From Candidatus Bathyarchaeota archaeon (GTDB lineage: Archaea > Thermoproteota > Bathyarchaeia > 40CM-2-53-6): a DNA stretch of 64,000 nucleotides. The DNA is taken from NCBI GenBank assembly GCA_963733055.1, contig CAVTBR010000001.1, positions 480,001 to 544,000 of the forward strand, written 5' to 3'. The notes under the pieces are model-generated. The model ran no database searches, was not told where the DNA came from, and was given only the letters and a program-made list of their open reading frames with translations. Numbering within the stretch: position 1 is the stretch's first letter; each line of letters opens with the position of its first letter. Positions 1-10,391 of this stretch are shown one piece after another. Position numbers and translations under genes: made by a program.

Positions 1-2
1 GC

Positions 3-1673
3 GAAATCATAGAGAATCAAGGAATAGCAATCAAAAACGACAGGATAGCCCTTGTTGGAAATGTGGAAAATACCATTGGGCCTGATACTCACGTAATTGA
101 CGCACATAGAAAATGGGTTGCTCCAGGATTCATTGACGGTCACGTTCACGTAGAGAGCGCTATGGTCGCGGGGACTGAATTTGCCAGAGCTGTGGTACCT
201 CACGGTACAACTACGGTTTTCATAGATCCTCACGAAATGGCAAACGTCCTTGGGATGGACGGCGTTCGGTTCTTCATAAACGAGGCCCGAGGGCTGCCTC
301 TTAAGATGCTTGTCACATTTCCCTCTTGCGTTCCCGCGGCTCCCGGTTTCGAAACGAGTGGTGCTTCATTCGGGCCGAAGGAGATTGAGGAGGCGATGGG
401 TTGGAAGGAAGTCGTGGCCCTTGGCGAAATGATGAATTATCCTGGAGTGTTGGCAGCTGACCCTGATGTACACGCAGAAATTGCTGCGACACTGAAAACC
501 GGGCGAGTAGTGGAAGGCCACGCGGTCGACTTGCTGCACAGAGACCTGGGAGCTTATGCCGCTGCTGGAATAACCTCATGCCACGAATCAACAGAGGAAA
601 TTCAAGCAATCCAAAAACTCAGAAATGGCATGTACGCAATGCTAAGAGAGGCCTCCGGAGCGAGAAACGTCGCAGACACAATCACGTCTGTTACAAGGAA
701 GAAACTTGATTCTCGTCACGCCTGTCTAGTTACAGATGACCGCGAACCGAGCGATCTGCTACATGAGGGACACATGGATCATGTCATTCGCAGAGCTATT
801 CAAGAAGGCGTCGACCCTATCGAAGCAATTCAGATGGCCACCCTCAATGTCGCAGAACATTACGAGTGTGCCAGAGAATTTGGAAACATAGCCCCAGCCC
901 GATTCGCTGACATCGTCATTCTCGATAAACTCGAAACAGTCTCCGTAAACACGGTCATCGCTGACGGAAAAGTCGTAAGCCAAAACGGAAAACTAACTAC
1001 ACACCTACCAACCCCAACTTACCCCAAAACTGTAATGCAATCCATGCACCTCAAGCGCCCACCCAGCCTCAGGGACCTGGCTTTGAAGACTAAGGTCAAG
1101 AAGGGTTCGGTGAGGGTTAGGGCGATTGGGGTTATGCCGACGAACATTCTCACCCACAACCTAGAGTCTGAAGTTCCCGTGAGAGATGGAAATGTTATGG
1201 CGAACCCGCGAGAGGATGTGGCGAAGATAGCGGTCTTCGAGAGACACAGACGCTCGGGGAACGTGGCGGTTGGTTTCATCAAGGGACTGGGGCTAAGGGA
1301 GGGAGCTGTTGCATCCACGGTCGGGCATGATAGTCACAACCTTGTGGTCGCGGGCATGGACGACGCGAACATGATCGCGGCCGCAAATCTTCTAGCGCAA
1401 AGCGGCGGAGGCATGGTCGTAGTCAAAGGCCAAAAGCCACTATCACATCTCCCCCTACCTATAGCTGGGCTCATGTCGGACAAGACTGTTGAAACCGTTT
1501 CAAAACAGATGAAGGAACTCAAGGACGCTTGGGCAAGGTTGGGATCAAAGCTCCCATCCCCAACGATCACGCTCGCGTTCACTACACTCTCAGTTATTCC
1601 GGAGCTTAGAATTACGGACAAGGGAGTCTTGGATACGGTCCACTTCAAGTTCGTGAACCCAATCATTGAGTGA
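3..1673 (+). CDS. ade: Adenine deaminase (5'-truncated by window edge)
   Basis: PGFIDGHVHVES, DPHEMANV, GEMMNYPG, HES, TDD motifs and C-terminal HDSHN; frame is open from the window start. Confidence 0.93.
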   Translation, partial: EIIENQGIAIKNDRIALVGNVENTIGPDTHVIDAHRKWVAPGFIDGHVHVESAMVAGTEFARAVVPHGTTTVFIDPHEMANVLGMDGVRFFINEARGLPLKMLVTFPSCVPAAPGFETSGASFGPKEIEEAMGWKEVVALGEMMNYPGVLAADPDVHAEIAATLKTGRVVEGHAVDLLHRDLGAYAAAGITSCHESTEEIQAIQKLRNGMYAMLREASGARNVADTITSVTRKKLDSRHACLVTDDREPSDLLHEGHMDHVIRRAIQEGVDPIEAIQMATLNVAEHYECAREFGNIAPARFADIVILDKLETVSVNTVIADGKVVSQNGKLTTHLPTPTYPKTVMQSMHLKRPPSLRDLALKTKVKKGSVRVRAIGVMPTNILTHNLESEVPVRDGNVMANPREDVAKIAVFERHRRSGNVAVGFIKGLGLREGAVASTVGHDSHNLVVAGMDDANMIAAANLLAQSGGGMVVVKGQKPLSHLPLPIAGLMSDKTVETVSKQMKELKDAWARLGSKLPSPTITLAFTTLSVIPELRITDKGVLDTVHFKFVNPIIE

Positions 1674-1731
1674 AGCTAAGCGAACCGTAAATCCGCTCTC
1701 ACCATTTCACTGACTTGTGTCGAGTCAGTTT

Positions 1732-2757
1732 CTAAGCGATTAGTGGGCCTGCGGATGGTTTGTCCTCGAAGGCGTCGATCATGGCGTGAACGTTGTCGGC
1801 TAGGGGGTAGAGGATTGGACAGGTGCATCCAGTGGAGTTGTACTCTTCAACTTTCTTGAGGCACTCGTCCGCTGTCCCGCTCGCTGTGATGAGTCGAACG
1901 AGCTTATCGTCTACTAGCTGTTTGGCTTTTTCTAAGCCACCCGGCTTGGCCGGCCAACCACCTAAAGCAGTCTTTACCTCTTCAATCAAGGATTCCTTAA
2001 CTCCGCTTGCTTTCGCGATGTGGGGTTGTTGGCCTAGATATTGGGCGACCAGCGGGCGTGCGCTATCAATGGCCTTGTCGACGTCCTCGTCCAGCGAACA
2101 CACAATCAGCTGAGGCCTGTCAATGCTCTCGAGCTGTCGATCTGCCTTCGCCGCCCCTGCCTTGAGATGTTCGAGGGCTTGTTGGTTGTAGTTAGGGGAG
2201 ACGAGGTAGTTCAGGAGTATGCCGTCGGCTATCTCGCCTGTTAGTTCAATCATCTCCCACCCGGTGGCGCCAATGTAGATTGGAATCTTACGAGGCGTGG
2301 AAGGATCGCCGTAGACAACATCGAGTCGTATGTCCCGTACTTTCACGAATTCTCCTTCGAACGTGACGTTCTCCATCCGGAAGAGGCGTTGGAGGACGGT
2401 GACGTACTCTCGCATCGCTTTCAATGGCTTCTTTCGTTCGATACCAACCTTCGCCGCCAGAGGATCCCACCAAGCACCCACCCCAAGTAAGCTGCGGCCA
2501 GCAGAGAGTTCATCGAGAGTTAGAAAAGATACGGCGGTTAGCGCCACGTTCCGTGTCCAGTTATTTATCACCCCAGTACCAAGTTTGATTTTGTCCGTCA
2601 CGGCCGCCATGGCCGCGAGGGGTGTGAGGGCGTCGCGTGCGAGGCGTGATTCTGCATGCCAGATCGCTTCGAACCCCTTCTGCTCAGCATACTGCACGAG
2701 CTTCATCTCCTCACGAATCGTATGCTTATCCTGAAGGTACAGCGCTACTCGGTCCAT
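1732..2757 (-). CDS. LLM-class (F420-dependent, Mer-like) oxidoreductase
   Basis: [44 protein letters not shown]. Confidence 0.85.
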   Translation of the reverse strand: MDRVALYLQDKHTIREEMKLVQYAEQKGFEAIWHAESRLARDALTPLAAMAAVTDKIKLGTGVINNWTRNVALTAVSFLTLDELSAGRSLLGVGAWWDPLAAKVGIERKKPLKAMREYVTVLQRLFRMENVTFEGEFVKVRDIRLDVVYGDPSTPRKIPIYIGATGWEMIELTGEIADGILLNYLVSPNYNQQALEHLKAGAAKADRQLESIDRPQLIVCSLDEDVDKAIDSARPLVAQYLGQQPHIAKASGVKESLIEEVKTALGGWPAKPGGLEKAKQLVDDKLVRLITASGTADECLKKVEEYNSTGCTCPILYPLADNVHAMIDAFEDKPSAGPLIA

Positions 2758-2861
2758 ACCGGAGAATTAGCGCCGGTTGGACAAGAGTGTTTTGCCCCGC
2801 TTCGTTCACTTGTAGGGAAGATTTTTACCTGCACTCTCGAAATGATTAATGAGGTTTAGTT

Positions 2862-3092
2862 ATGCCTGTTTCATATGTTCTACTCAATGTTGACCCAGGT
2901 TCGGAAGAAGACGTGCTCAAGGCGGTTCGTGGGGAGGCGAATGTGAAGGAGTGCCACCGCGTTTACGGTATTTATGACATGATTGCAAAAGTCGAGGCGG
3001 ACTCAATGGACTCCCTGAAACAAATCATCACGTGGAAGATAAGACGACTTCCCGGCGTTCGGTCCACCGTCACAACGATGGTAATAGAATAA
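2862..3092 (+). CDS. Lrp/AsnC ligand-binding domain protein (stand-alone)
   Basis: YVLLNV..VYGIYDMIAKVEA..IRRLPGVRSTVT; GAGGT RBS-like sequence upstream. Confidence 0.85.
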   Translation: MPVSYVLLNVDPGSEEDVLKAVRGEANVKECHRVYGIYDMIAKVEADSMDSLKQIITWKIRRLPGVRSTVTTMVIE

Positions 3093-3296
3093 CTGGTAGA
3101 AAGTTCTCGTTCCCGGTTAAGTAACAACAATTCCTATCGTGGAAACTAGTTCGTTGCTATCCGTTCTGTAATCTGATCGTCTAGGCGGTGCATGGCTGGT
3201 TGTTGAAATTCGTCAAGGGACGCCCTTAACCTTGTCGAAATTCCTCGTCGGTGTAAGAGTGGGATTAAGACTCGGTGTTCGTTATCTTAGCGAAAG

Positions 3297-4265
3297 GTGT
3301 ACAGTTTGATGAAAGCCGTTCGAATCCATTCCCGTGCGGGACCTGAGGGGCTTATCTACGAAGACGCGCCAGTTCCTAAAATCCACAGGGGAGACGCGCT
3401 GATCAAGGTTCAAGCAACCGCGATCACGCCGACCGAATTCACTTGGAACTCCACTTTCACAACCCCCGATGGAAAAGACCGGTTGCCTATCGTGCCAAGC
3501 TTTGAGGTCTCAGGCACGGTTCAGGAGGTAGCCTCCGATGTATCAGACCTGTCCGTGGGCGATGCTGTACACGGGCTGTTGAATTTCTGGCGAGACGGCG
3601 CAGCGGCCGAATACGTTGCATGTCGAGCCGCCGATCTGGCGCCAAAGCCAACCTCACTGGACCACATTCACGCGGCTGCCGTCCCATTGTCGGGACTAAC
3701 GGCATGGCAGGCGTTGTTCGATCATGCGAACTTGTCTGCGGGCGATCGGGTTTTGATCCACGGCGCGGCGGGTGGGGTAGGTACCTGGGCGGTTCAATTT
3801 GCGCATTGGCGCGGGGCACACGTCATTGGAACTGCTTCTCGAACCAAGCATGCCTTCTTACGGGAATTAGGCGCAGACGAAGTACTCGATTACACTGCCG
3901 TTCGTTTTGAAGATGGGATTCGAGATGTGGACGTGATTGTCGATACGGTCGGCGGTGATACGCTGGAGCGGTCTTGGGCTGTCCTGAGAAGAGGTGGTGT
4001 TCTGGTCACAGTTGCAGGTGACGCTCCCGAGGAGAGAGCGACCAAGTACGGTGTGCGTGGTGTATCTTTTCTTGTACAGCCGAGCCGCATTCAGCTTACG
4101 AAGATCGCTCAGCTAATCGACGGGGGCACCGTTCGTCCCATAGTCGAAGCTGTCTTCCCCCTATCTCGCGCCCGCGAGGCATACGAGCGGGGCCTTCTAG
4201 GTCACAACCTTGGGAAACTTGTCCTACAAGTTGCTTCGAACGAATCCCACAAGGTTCAGGTGTGA
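3297..4265 (+). CDS. NADP-dependent oxidoreductase, MDR/quinone oxidoreductase family
   Basis: MKAVRI..GPE, AAAVPLSGLTAWQAL, VLIHGAAGGVG, GKLVL. Confidence 0.9.
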   Translation: MYSLMKAVRIHSRAGPEGLIYEDAPVPKIHRGDALIKVQATAITPTEFTWNSTFTTPDGKDRLPIVPSFEVSGTVQEVASDVSDLSVGDAVHGLLNFWRDGAAAEYVACRAADLAPKPTSLDHIHAAAVPLSGLTAWQALFDHANLSAGDRVLIHGAAGGVGTWAVQFAHWRGAHVIGTASRTKHAFLRELGADEVLDYTAVRFEDGIRDVDVIVDTVGGDTLERSWAVLRRGGVLVTVAGDAPEERATKYGVRGVSFLVQPSRIQLTKIAQLIDGGTVRPIVEAVFPLSRAREAYERGLLGHNLGKLVLQVASNESHKVQV

Positions 4266-4289
4266 CGAATCGAGGCCGGAGGTGAAAAA

Positions 4290-4673
4290 TTGGACAAGGT
4301 AACATTCTTCGAAATACCAGGAGACAATCTAGCGCGGGCAAGGAAATTCTATAGCACAGTTTTCGGTTGGAAGATGAACGAGATTCCAGAGATGCATTAC
4401 ACACAAATCGGAACCGTAGACGCTGACAAACTTGGAATACGGGGGACACCGAAGGAAACGGGTGCAATAAACGGCGGCATGGTGGAGCGGCATGGTTCAG
4501 TGAAGTCACCCGTTATCTACATCAGCGTAAAGAACATCGACCAGGCAGCGGCAAGCATCGAGCAGAACGGTGGCAAAGTCATCCAACCAAAATCACCCGT
4601 CGGAAACTTTGGATTCGCAGCCTACTTCAAAGACACAGAAGATAACGTAGTCGGTCTCTGGCAATTCGCGTAA
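4290..4673 (+). CDS. VOC/glyoxalase family protein
   Basis: FEIPGDNLARARKFYSTVFGW, GAINGG, AYFKDTEDN. Confidence 0.85.
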   Translation: MDKVTFFEIPGDNLARARKFYSTVFGWKMNEIPEMHYTQIGTVDADKLGIRGTPKETGAINGGMVERHGSVKSPVIYISVKNIDQAAASIEQNGGKVIQPKSPVGNFGFAAYFKDTEDNVVGLWQFA

Positions 4674-4848
4674 CCTGCATCGAGGCAGGGTACAGCGAAC
4701 CTACTCGCAGAGAGTATCGGTCGACAATCCTTAACCGCCTTGCTGTCTGTACCTAAAACAACTGGTTAAGGGTTAAGAGTTACGCGCATAGAGACGTTTT
4801 ATCTTCGCCGACATTCGAAATTTGCAATGGTTAGGAGGTAAGGTAGCT

Positions 4849-5325
4849 TTGCGGGTTGAAAGGACAGTGAATTTCAAACTCAACGGGCAACCTATCACTG
4901 TCAACGTCCCACCAGCCTACACCTTACTTGAGGTTCTCCGCGAGGAACTCCACGTTACGGGCCCGAAGGAAGACTGCGCCAAGGGCGAATGCGGCGCTTG
5001 CACTGTGCTCAAGGATGGGGTGCCTGTCTGTTCGTGCCTCGTCCTCGTCTCGCAAGCCGAAGGTTCTGAGATCATAACTTCTGAGGGGCTGGTTAAGGAT
5101 GGAAGGTTGAATCCTGTTCAGGAAGCGTTCTTGGACGAGGGCGCTGTGCAGTGCGGCCACTGCATCCCTGGCATGATCGTTTCCGCCTCCGCCCTCCTGA
5201 TGAACAACTCGAAGCCGACGATGGATGAGATTCGCACGGCTCTCTCGGGTAACCTGTGCAGGTGCACTGGGTATTCTAAGATTATCTCGGCCGTTCAAGA
5301 GGCCGCGAAGAAACGGAGGCATTAG
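4849..5325 (+). CDS. Xanthine dehydrogenase/CODH family [2Fe-2S] subunit 1
   Basis: CAKGECGACT, CSC, QCGHC, CRCTGY; TTG start after AGGAGGT. Confidence 0.92.
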   Translation: MRVERTVNFKLNGQPITVNVPPAYTLLEVLREELHVTGPKEDCAKGECGACTVLKDGVPVCSCLVLVSQAEGSEIITSEGLVKDGRLNPVQEAFLDEGAVQCGHCIPGMIVSASALLMNNSKPTMDEIRTALSGNLCRCTGYSKIISAVQEAAKKRRH

Positions 5326-5332
5326 GGCTTTG

Positions 5333-6202
5333 ATGCGGTCCGAGATCGACGTCCTGACGCCTAAGAGCCTTGACGAGGCGTTGAATATTCTCCACAAAAA
5401 CCAAACTGGGCTCAGGATTGTTGCTGGAGGTTCTGATGTGATTGTTCAACTTCGGGACGGCGTCATCAAGACGGATAAACTTCTCAACATACTCTCACTC
5501 GAAGAACTGAGATTTGTGAGAGAAGACGATGATCGGATCCACTTAGGTGCGCTGGCTACCTACAGCGACATCGTCCACTCTCAACTAACCCGCGATCACG
5601 CTTGGCCTCTTGTCGAGGCGGCGAGGCAGATTGGGGCGATCCAGCTGCAAAACACTGCAACCATCGGCGGAAACCTAGGCAACGCCTCACCCGCCGGCGA
5701 CAGCCTACCCCCACTCTACGCCCTCGATGCAGTCGTAGTTACACGAAGCACAGCCGGACCGCGGGAAATTCCGATAGAGAAATTCTTTCTCGCCTACAGA
5801 AAAACCGCGCTTCAACCTGACGAATTAATCGAGCAAGTACACTTCACCCCGCTCGGTGAGCGGGACCGAGGGGCGTACGTGAAGCTCGGGCTCCGCGAGG
5901 CCAACGCAATCTCAATTGTGGATGTGGCGACGGTACTGCGGGGTAGGAACAAGAATGACACATTTGCTGAAGCTAGAGTTGCATTGGGGGCCGTCGCGCC
6001 CAACATTCTACGAGCGAGGCGAAGTGAAGAGGCTCTGACTAACAAGCCCCTGAACCAGGAGATATTGAAGAGGGCTGGATCCCTTGCAGCTGACGATGCT
6101 AAACCGATAGACGACATACGCGGTTCAGCTCAGTACAGAAGAGACGTGGTGGCTTCTCTCGTCTTCGAGGCGTTGAACCAGGCACTTTACAGAAAAAGGT
6201 AG
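5333..6202 (+). CDS. Xanthine dehydrogenase family FAD-binding subunit 1
   Basis: AGGSDV, QNTATIGGNLGNASPAGDS, PIDDIRGSAQYRR. Confidence 0.92.
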   Translation: MRSEIDVLTPKSLDEALNILHKNQTGLRIVAGGSDVIVQLRDGVIKTDKLLNILSLEELRFVREDDDRIHLGALATYSDIVHSQLTRDHAWPLVEAARQIGAIQLQNTATIGGNLGNASPAGDSLPPLYALDAVVVTRSTAGPREIPIEKFFLAYRKTALQPDELIEQVHFTPLGERDRGAYVKLGLREANAISIVDVATVLRGRNKNDTFAEARVALGAVAPNILRARRSEEALTNKPLNQEILKRAGSLAADDAKPIDDIRGSAQYRRDVVASLVFEALNQALYRKR

Positions 6203-6206
6203 GGGG

Positions 6207-6446
6207 ATGGGTAGGCGGTTGCGGGTCAAGGTGAAGGTTTTCGGTGCCCCGTCTCTCGCGCTGGAAAGAAAGGAGCTCACCGTCGAATTGAAGGACAACG
6301 CAACGACCGAAGACTTACTCCAATCCCTTCCCGTCAAGGACAAGGATTACCTGTACGTTGTTCGGGCGGGAATCAGGCTGAACTCCAGTTCTAAGATTAA
6401 TGATGGCGACGAAATCCTAGTCGTCCCACCAATCGCGGGAGGTTGA
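6207..6446 (+). CDS. MoaD/ThiS (SAMP-like) ubiquitin-like sulfur carrier 1
   Basis: 79 aa beta-grasp pattern ending DGDEILVVPPIAGG. Confidence 0.88.
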   Translation: MGRRLRVKVKVFGAPSLALERKELTVELKDNATTEDLLQSLPVKDKDYLYVVRAGIRLNSSSKINDGDEILVVPPIAGG

Positions 6447-6462
6447 AACAACGACCCAACAA

Positions 6463-8742
6463 ATGACCGTCAAGCGTGAGAAGACGAAGTGGGTAGGAAA
6501 ATCGATTGTACGTAAGGACGGTCGAGGCAAAGTCACGGGTGAGACGAAATTCTTCTCGGACATGGCCCTACCAAACATGCTCTACGCAAAAGTCACTCGA
6601 AGCAAATATCCACACGCGTTGATCAAGAAAATCAGCGTCGATAAAGCGAAAGCCATTCCCGGCGTCGTCGCCGTCCTAACGCACAAGGATATCCCCGCGT
6701 TGAATGCGTTCGGTATCCTGACGCCCGACCAACCCGTTCTCTGCTTTGATAAGGTCAGGTATCTCGGCGACGCGGTCGCCGTCGTCGCTGCCGAAAGCCT
6801 GGAAGCCGCCGAGAAAGCCGCGCTGGCGGTTGAAGTTGAGTACGAGCCGCTTCCGGTCGTGTCTGATCCGCTGGAAGCGATGAAGCCCGAGGCTCCCAAG
6901 ATTCACGAGAAAGGAAACATCCTCCGCCACGCCACCGTCCGGGTCGGAGACGTAGACAAGGCATTCCGCGAAGCTGCGGTCGTTGTCGAGAACACATATC
7001 GAACGGGACGGCAGATGCACATGTATCTTGAGACAGAGGCGGGTGTCGCGATGTTGGACGAGCATGGAGGGCTCGTTCTCTACAGCGGAGGCCAGTCCCC
7101 GTACCGAGATCAAATGCAAATCTCAAGATCGTTAGGAATCAAACCAGAAGAAATCAGAGTCATCTCAACCCCCGTGGGCGGCGCATTCGGTGGTAAGGAA
7201 GAGAACACCGTCCAAATCCACCTCGCCCTGCTAGCGATGAAAACAAAGCGCCCTGTCAGGATGGTTTGGACATGCGAGGAATCCGGCGTGGCGGGCATGA
7301 AACGCCACCCAATGACCGTAACAACGAAGACCGCCGCCGACCGGGAGGGGAGAGTCGTGGCTAATCAGGTTCGAATAGTAGCCGATACCGGCGCTTATGC
7401 ATCTCTCGGCCCCACAGTGCTCGATGTCGCAATTGAAAATTCATGCGGACCTTACCGCATTCCGAACATCGATATCGACGCCTACTCGGTCTATACGAAT
7501 AATGGGGTTGCTGGAGCGTTCCGCGGTTTCGGAGCGCCCCAGGTGAATTTTGCGCTCGAATCCAACATGGATATCATTGCAGAGAAGTTGGGGATCGATA
7601 GGCTGGAAATTCGGAAGAGGAACGTTCTTCGCGAAGGCGACATCGGACCGTTCGGTTACAAGATGCTCGGCAGCGTTGGAATCTACGAGACCCTCCTGAA
7701 AGCCGAGCAATCAGATCTCTGGAAGAACAGAACGAAACACAAAGCGAAAGCCTCCGCCCCCTGGTGTAAGAGGGGGATCGCGGTCACAGTAGCTACCAAG
7801 GGTTTTGGCTTCGGTGCCCTCCCCGACTTCGCCGCCGCCTCCATTCAAATCACCCCGACCGGAAAATTCGTAGTCGGAGTTAGTTGCCCGGAAATCGGCC
7901 AGGGGGCAGTCACAGCCTACTCCCAGATCGCCGCAGACGCCTTACACTGCGACATCGCCGACATATACATCGCCTCCGCCGACTCACAACTCGCCCCCGA
8001 CACTGGAACCTCGTCCGCCTCGATGGCCTTGGTCAGGGGCGGAAACGCAATCCTCGCCGCCGCGCCCAAGATGCACGAACTACTCCTCAACACTGCCAGC
8101 GAGATAACTGGAGAGTCGAAGGGTAATCTTGAATTCGGCGAATCACGAATTTTCAGTAAACGGAAATCTGGGAGATCAGTAACTTACGTTGAGATCGCAC
8201 AGTTTCTCCTTCGAAGAGGCTCGGAGACAAGGATCGTCGCGGGATTCGAGGTCCCGCGCGTCGACAAACCGGTCGAGGGGAGCATAGAGATCCCCCACTG
8301 GTCATACATGTACGCCACCGCCATCGCCCTCGTGGAAGTTGACACATTAACCGGCGCTACGAAAGTTCTACAAATCTACCTCTCACCAGACTCTGGCACC
8401 GTCATCAACCCCCAATCCTACACGGGCCAATGTGAGGGCGCCATCGTGCAAGGGTTGGGGTTCGCGTTGACTGAGGAAACTCAGATCGATAATGGATTAA
8501 TTAAGACAAATAATTTCACAACATACATCATACCCACAATCCGCGACATCCCAGAGATTCAGATTGAACCAGTGGAGACTTACGAAAAAATCGGCCCCTT
8601 CGGAGCCAAGGGGTTGGGGGAGATCGGGATAATACCCGTCGGATCGGCCGTCGCGAACGCAATCTACGACGCCACCGGAACCAGGCTCTTCACGCTACCC
8701 GCAACCCCAGAACGAGTTTTCCAAGCCCTCAAGAGGAATTAG
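6463..8742 (+). CDS. Xanthine dehydrogenase family molybdopterin-binding subunit 1
   Basis: GGAFGGK, AFRGFGAPQ, EIGQG, KGLGE. Confidence 0.93.
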   Translation: MTVKREKTKWVGKSIVRKDGRGKVTGETKFFSDMALPNMLYAKVTRSKYPHALIKKISVDKAKAIPGVVAVLTHKDIPALNAFGILTPDQPVLCFDKVRYLGDAVAVVAAESLEAAEKAALAVEVEYEPLPVVSDPLEAMKPEAPKIHEKGNILRHATVRVGDVDKAFREAAVVVENTYRTGRQMHMYLETEAGVAMLDEHGGLVLYSGGQSPYRDQMQISRSLGIKPEEIRVISTPVGGAFGGKEENTVQIHLALLAMKTKRPVRMVWTCEESGVAGMKRHPMTVTTKTAADREGRVVANQVRIVADTGAYASLGPTVLDVAIENSCGPYRIPNIDIDAYSVYTNNGVAGAFRGFGAPQVNFALESNMDIIAEKLGIDRLEIRKRNVLREGDIGPFGYKMLGSVGIYETLLKAEQSDLWKNRTKHKAKASAPWCKRGIAVTVATKGFGFGALPDFAAASIQITPTGKFVVGVSCPEIGQGAVTAYSQIAADALHCDIADIYIASADSQLAPDTGTSSASMALVRGGNAILAAAPKMHELLLNTASEITGESKGNLEFGESRIFSKRKSGRSVTYVEIAQFLLRRGSETRIVAGFEVPRVDKPVEGSIEIPHWSYMYATAIALVEVDTLTGATKVLQIYLSPDSGTVINPQSYTGQCEGAIVQGLGFALTEETQIDNGLIKTNNFTTYIIPTIRDIPEIQIEPVETYEKIGPFGAKGLGEIGIIPVGSAVANAIYDATGTRLFTLPATPERVFQALKRN

Positions 8743-8749
8743 GTTCGAG

Positions 8750-9025
8750 ATGGCGGCAAAAGTCAAAGTTAGGCTGTTCCATGAACTACGATCCGTCCTC
8801 GGCCAAAGCGAGGTCGAACTCGAAGCCAACACCCTCAACGACGTCGTAGAATCGTTGATTTCCTCAAATGGCTCAGTAAAGGAGCTGATTTTCGACGCAA
8901 ATGGGAAACTGCGCACCTATACCATGTTCTACATTAACAATACGCCCCAAAATCCTCCGGAACTAGCAAGGAAACTAAATGACGGGGACCTAATCCTATT
9001 AGTTCCAACAGCAGCGGGCGGATGA
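8750..9025 (+). CDS. MoaD/ThiS (SAMP-like) ubiquitin-like sulfur carrier 2
   Basis: 91 aa ending DGDLILLVPTAAGG. Confidence 0.88.
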   Translation: MAAKVKVRLFHELRSVLGQSEVELEANTLNDVVESLISSNGSVKELIFDANGKLRTYTMFYINNTPQNPPELARKLNDGDLILLVPTAAGG

Positions 9026-9031
9026 AAATAG

Positions 9032-9916
9032 TTGCGCAGGTTTGACATGTTCGTACCCGAGAACCTACACGATCTACTCCAGTACCTCGACTCACACCAA
9101 ACCGGAGTACACCTGATCGCGAACGGGACGGACCTGATCAATAGGATTCAGCGAAAACAGGTCACCCCGAAAACGCTTGTCGACCTCACTGGATTACTCG
9201 AATTCAGGTACGTGAAGAAAGAGAATGGGATTATCAAGATCGGCGGCTTAACGACCATATCAGACCTTATCGCATCCCACGTCATGGACTCGCAATACGA
9301 TGTCTTCCGAGAGGTCGCCACGAAATTTGGCGGACCATCAATAATTAACATGGCAACCGTTGGAGGAAACATCTGTTCCGCCTCATCATCAGAAGACCTC
9401 CTACCAGTACTACTGGTCCTTGATGCGAAGGTTCAGGTTCGCAACATTCACGGAGAGCGAACGCTTCCCCTGGAAGACTTCGTCAAAGGAAAACGGAAGA
9501 CCGACCTAAAACCCAACGAGATACTGACAGAGACAAGCTTCAAAGAATTGGACCAGCGCTCAGCCTGCGGCTTTGAGAAAGTTGGTATGAGAAATTCACT
9601 GATCATAGCTTTCGTGAATTGCGCAGTCTACCTGAAACTAGCCGAGAACCACGTTTGTGATGACGTTCGAATCGCCTTCAACCGAGTTAACGAAAAGATT
9701 CCGCAACGAGCACGACAGACCGAGAAGATAATGAAAGGCAAGAAAATCAATGAACAATCGTTGTCCGACGCGGTCGCAACCTTGAGAAGCGAGCTCAAGC
9801 TGAGCTCAGACTTTAGAGTCTCGGAACAATACCGACTCGATGTTGCTTGTGCCATCTTCAAGCGTACTGTAGGTAGATGCGTCGATAGGCTTGCCGGAGA
9901 GGAGATACTTGTCTAA
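9032..9916 (+). CDS. Xanthine dehydrogenase family FAD-binding subunit 2
   Basis: ANGTDLI, NMATVGGNICSAS, SDFRVSEQYR. Confidence 0.9.
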   Translation: MRRFDMFVPENLHDLLQYLDSHQTGVHLIANGTDLINRIQRKQVTPKTLVDLTGLLEFRYVKKENGIIKIGGLTTISDLIASHVMDSQYDVFREVATKFGGPSIINMATVGGNICSASSSEDLLPVLLVLDAKVQVRNIHGERTLPLEDFVKGKRKTDLKPNEILTETSFKELDQRSACGFEKVGMRNSLIIAFVNCAVYLKLAENHVCDDVRIAFNRVNEKIPQRARQTEKIMKGKKINEQSLSDAVATLRSELKLSSDFRVSEQYRLDVACAIFKRTVGRCVDRLAGEEILV

Positions 9917-10391
9917 GCATTTACTGAAATTCAACGTCAACGGCAAAGACCAGGCGGTCCTTGTCGAATCACACGACCGACTATTGGATGTGCTGCGGGA
10001 CAAGTTAGGGTTGAAGGGTACGAAGGAAGGCTGCAGTACAGGGGATTGCGGCATATGCGGCGTATTGATGGATGGAAGATTGGTGAACTCGTGTCTGATC
10101 TTTGCCATTCAGGCCAGAAACAAGAAGATCGTGACGATCGAAGGCGTAGGGTCGGCGGAAAATCTTCATCCCATACAACGTGCGTTCATGAAGTGGAACG
10201 CGTCCCAGTGTGGTTACTGCATACCAGCCATGATCTTGGCGAGTAAGGATTTGCTCGAGAGGAATCCCGATCCTTCTATGGAAGATATCAAGAACGCGAC
10301 ACGGGGCATCATTTGCCGGTGCACGGGGTACGTGAAAATCTTCGAAGCCATGAAAACAGCCGCCGCCGAAATGAAGAGGCCCGACCAATGA
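9909..10391 (+). CDS. Xanthine dehydrogenase family [2Fe-2S] subunit 2
   Basis: GCSTGDCGIC, NSC, QCGYC, CRCTGY. Confidence 0.92.
   Translation: MSKHLLKFNVNGKDQAVLVESHDRLLDVLRDKLGLKGTKEGCSTGDCGICGVLMDGRLVNSCLIFAIQARNKKIVTIEGVGSAENLHPIQRAFMKWNASQCGYCIPAMILASKDLLERNPDPSMEDIKNATRGIICRCTGYVKIFEAMKTAAAEMKRPDQ

Noticed and set aside
4729-4771. CCTTAACC...GGTTAAGG inverted repeat upstream of the XDH operon
   Set aside because: Only 8-bp arms with a 27-nt spacer; not distinguishable from chance.
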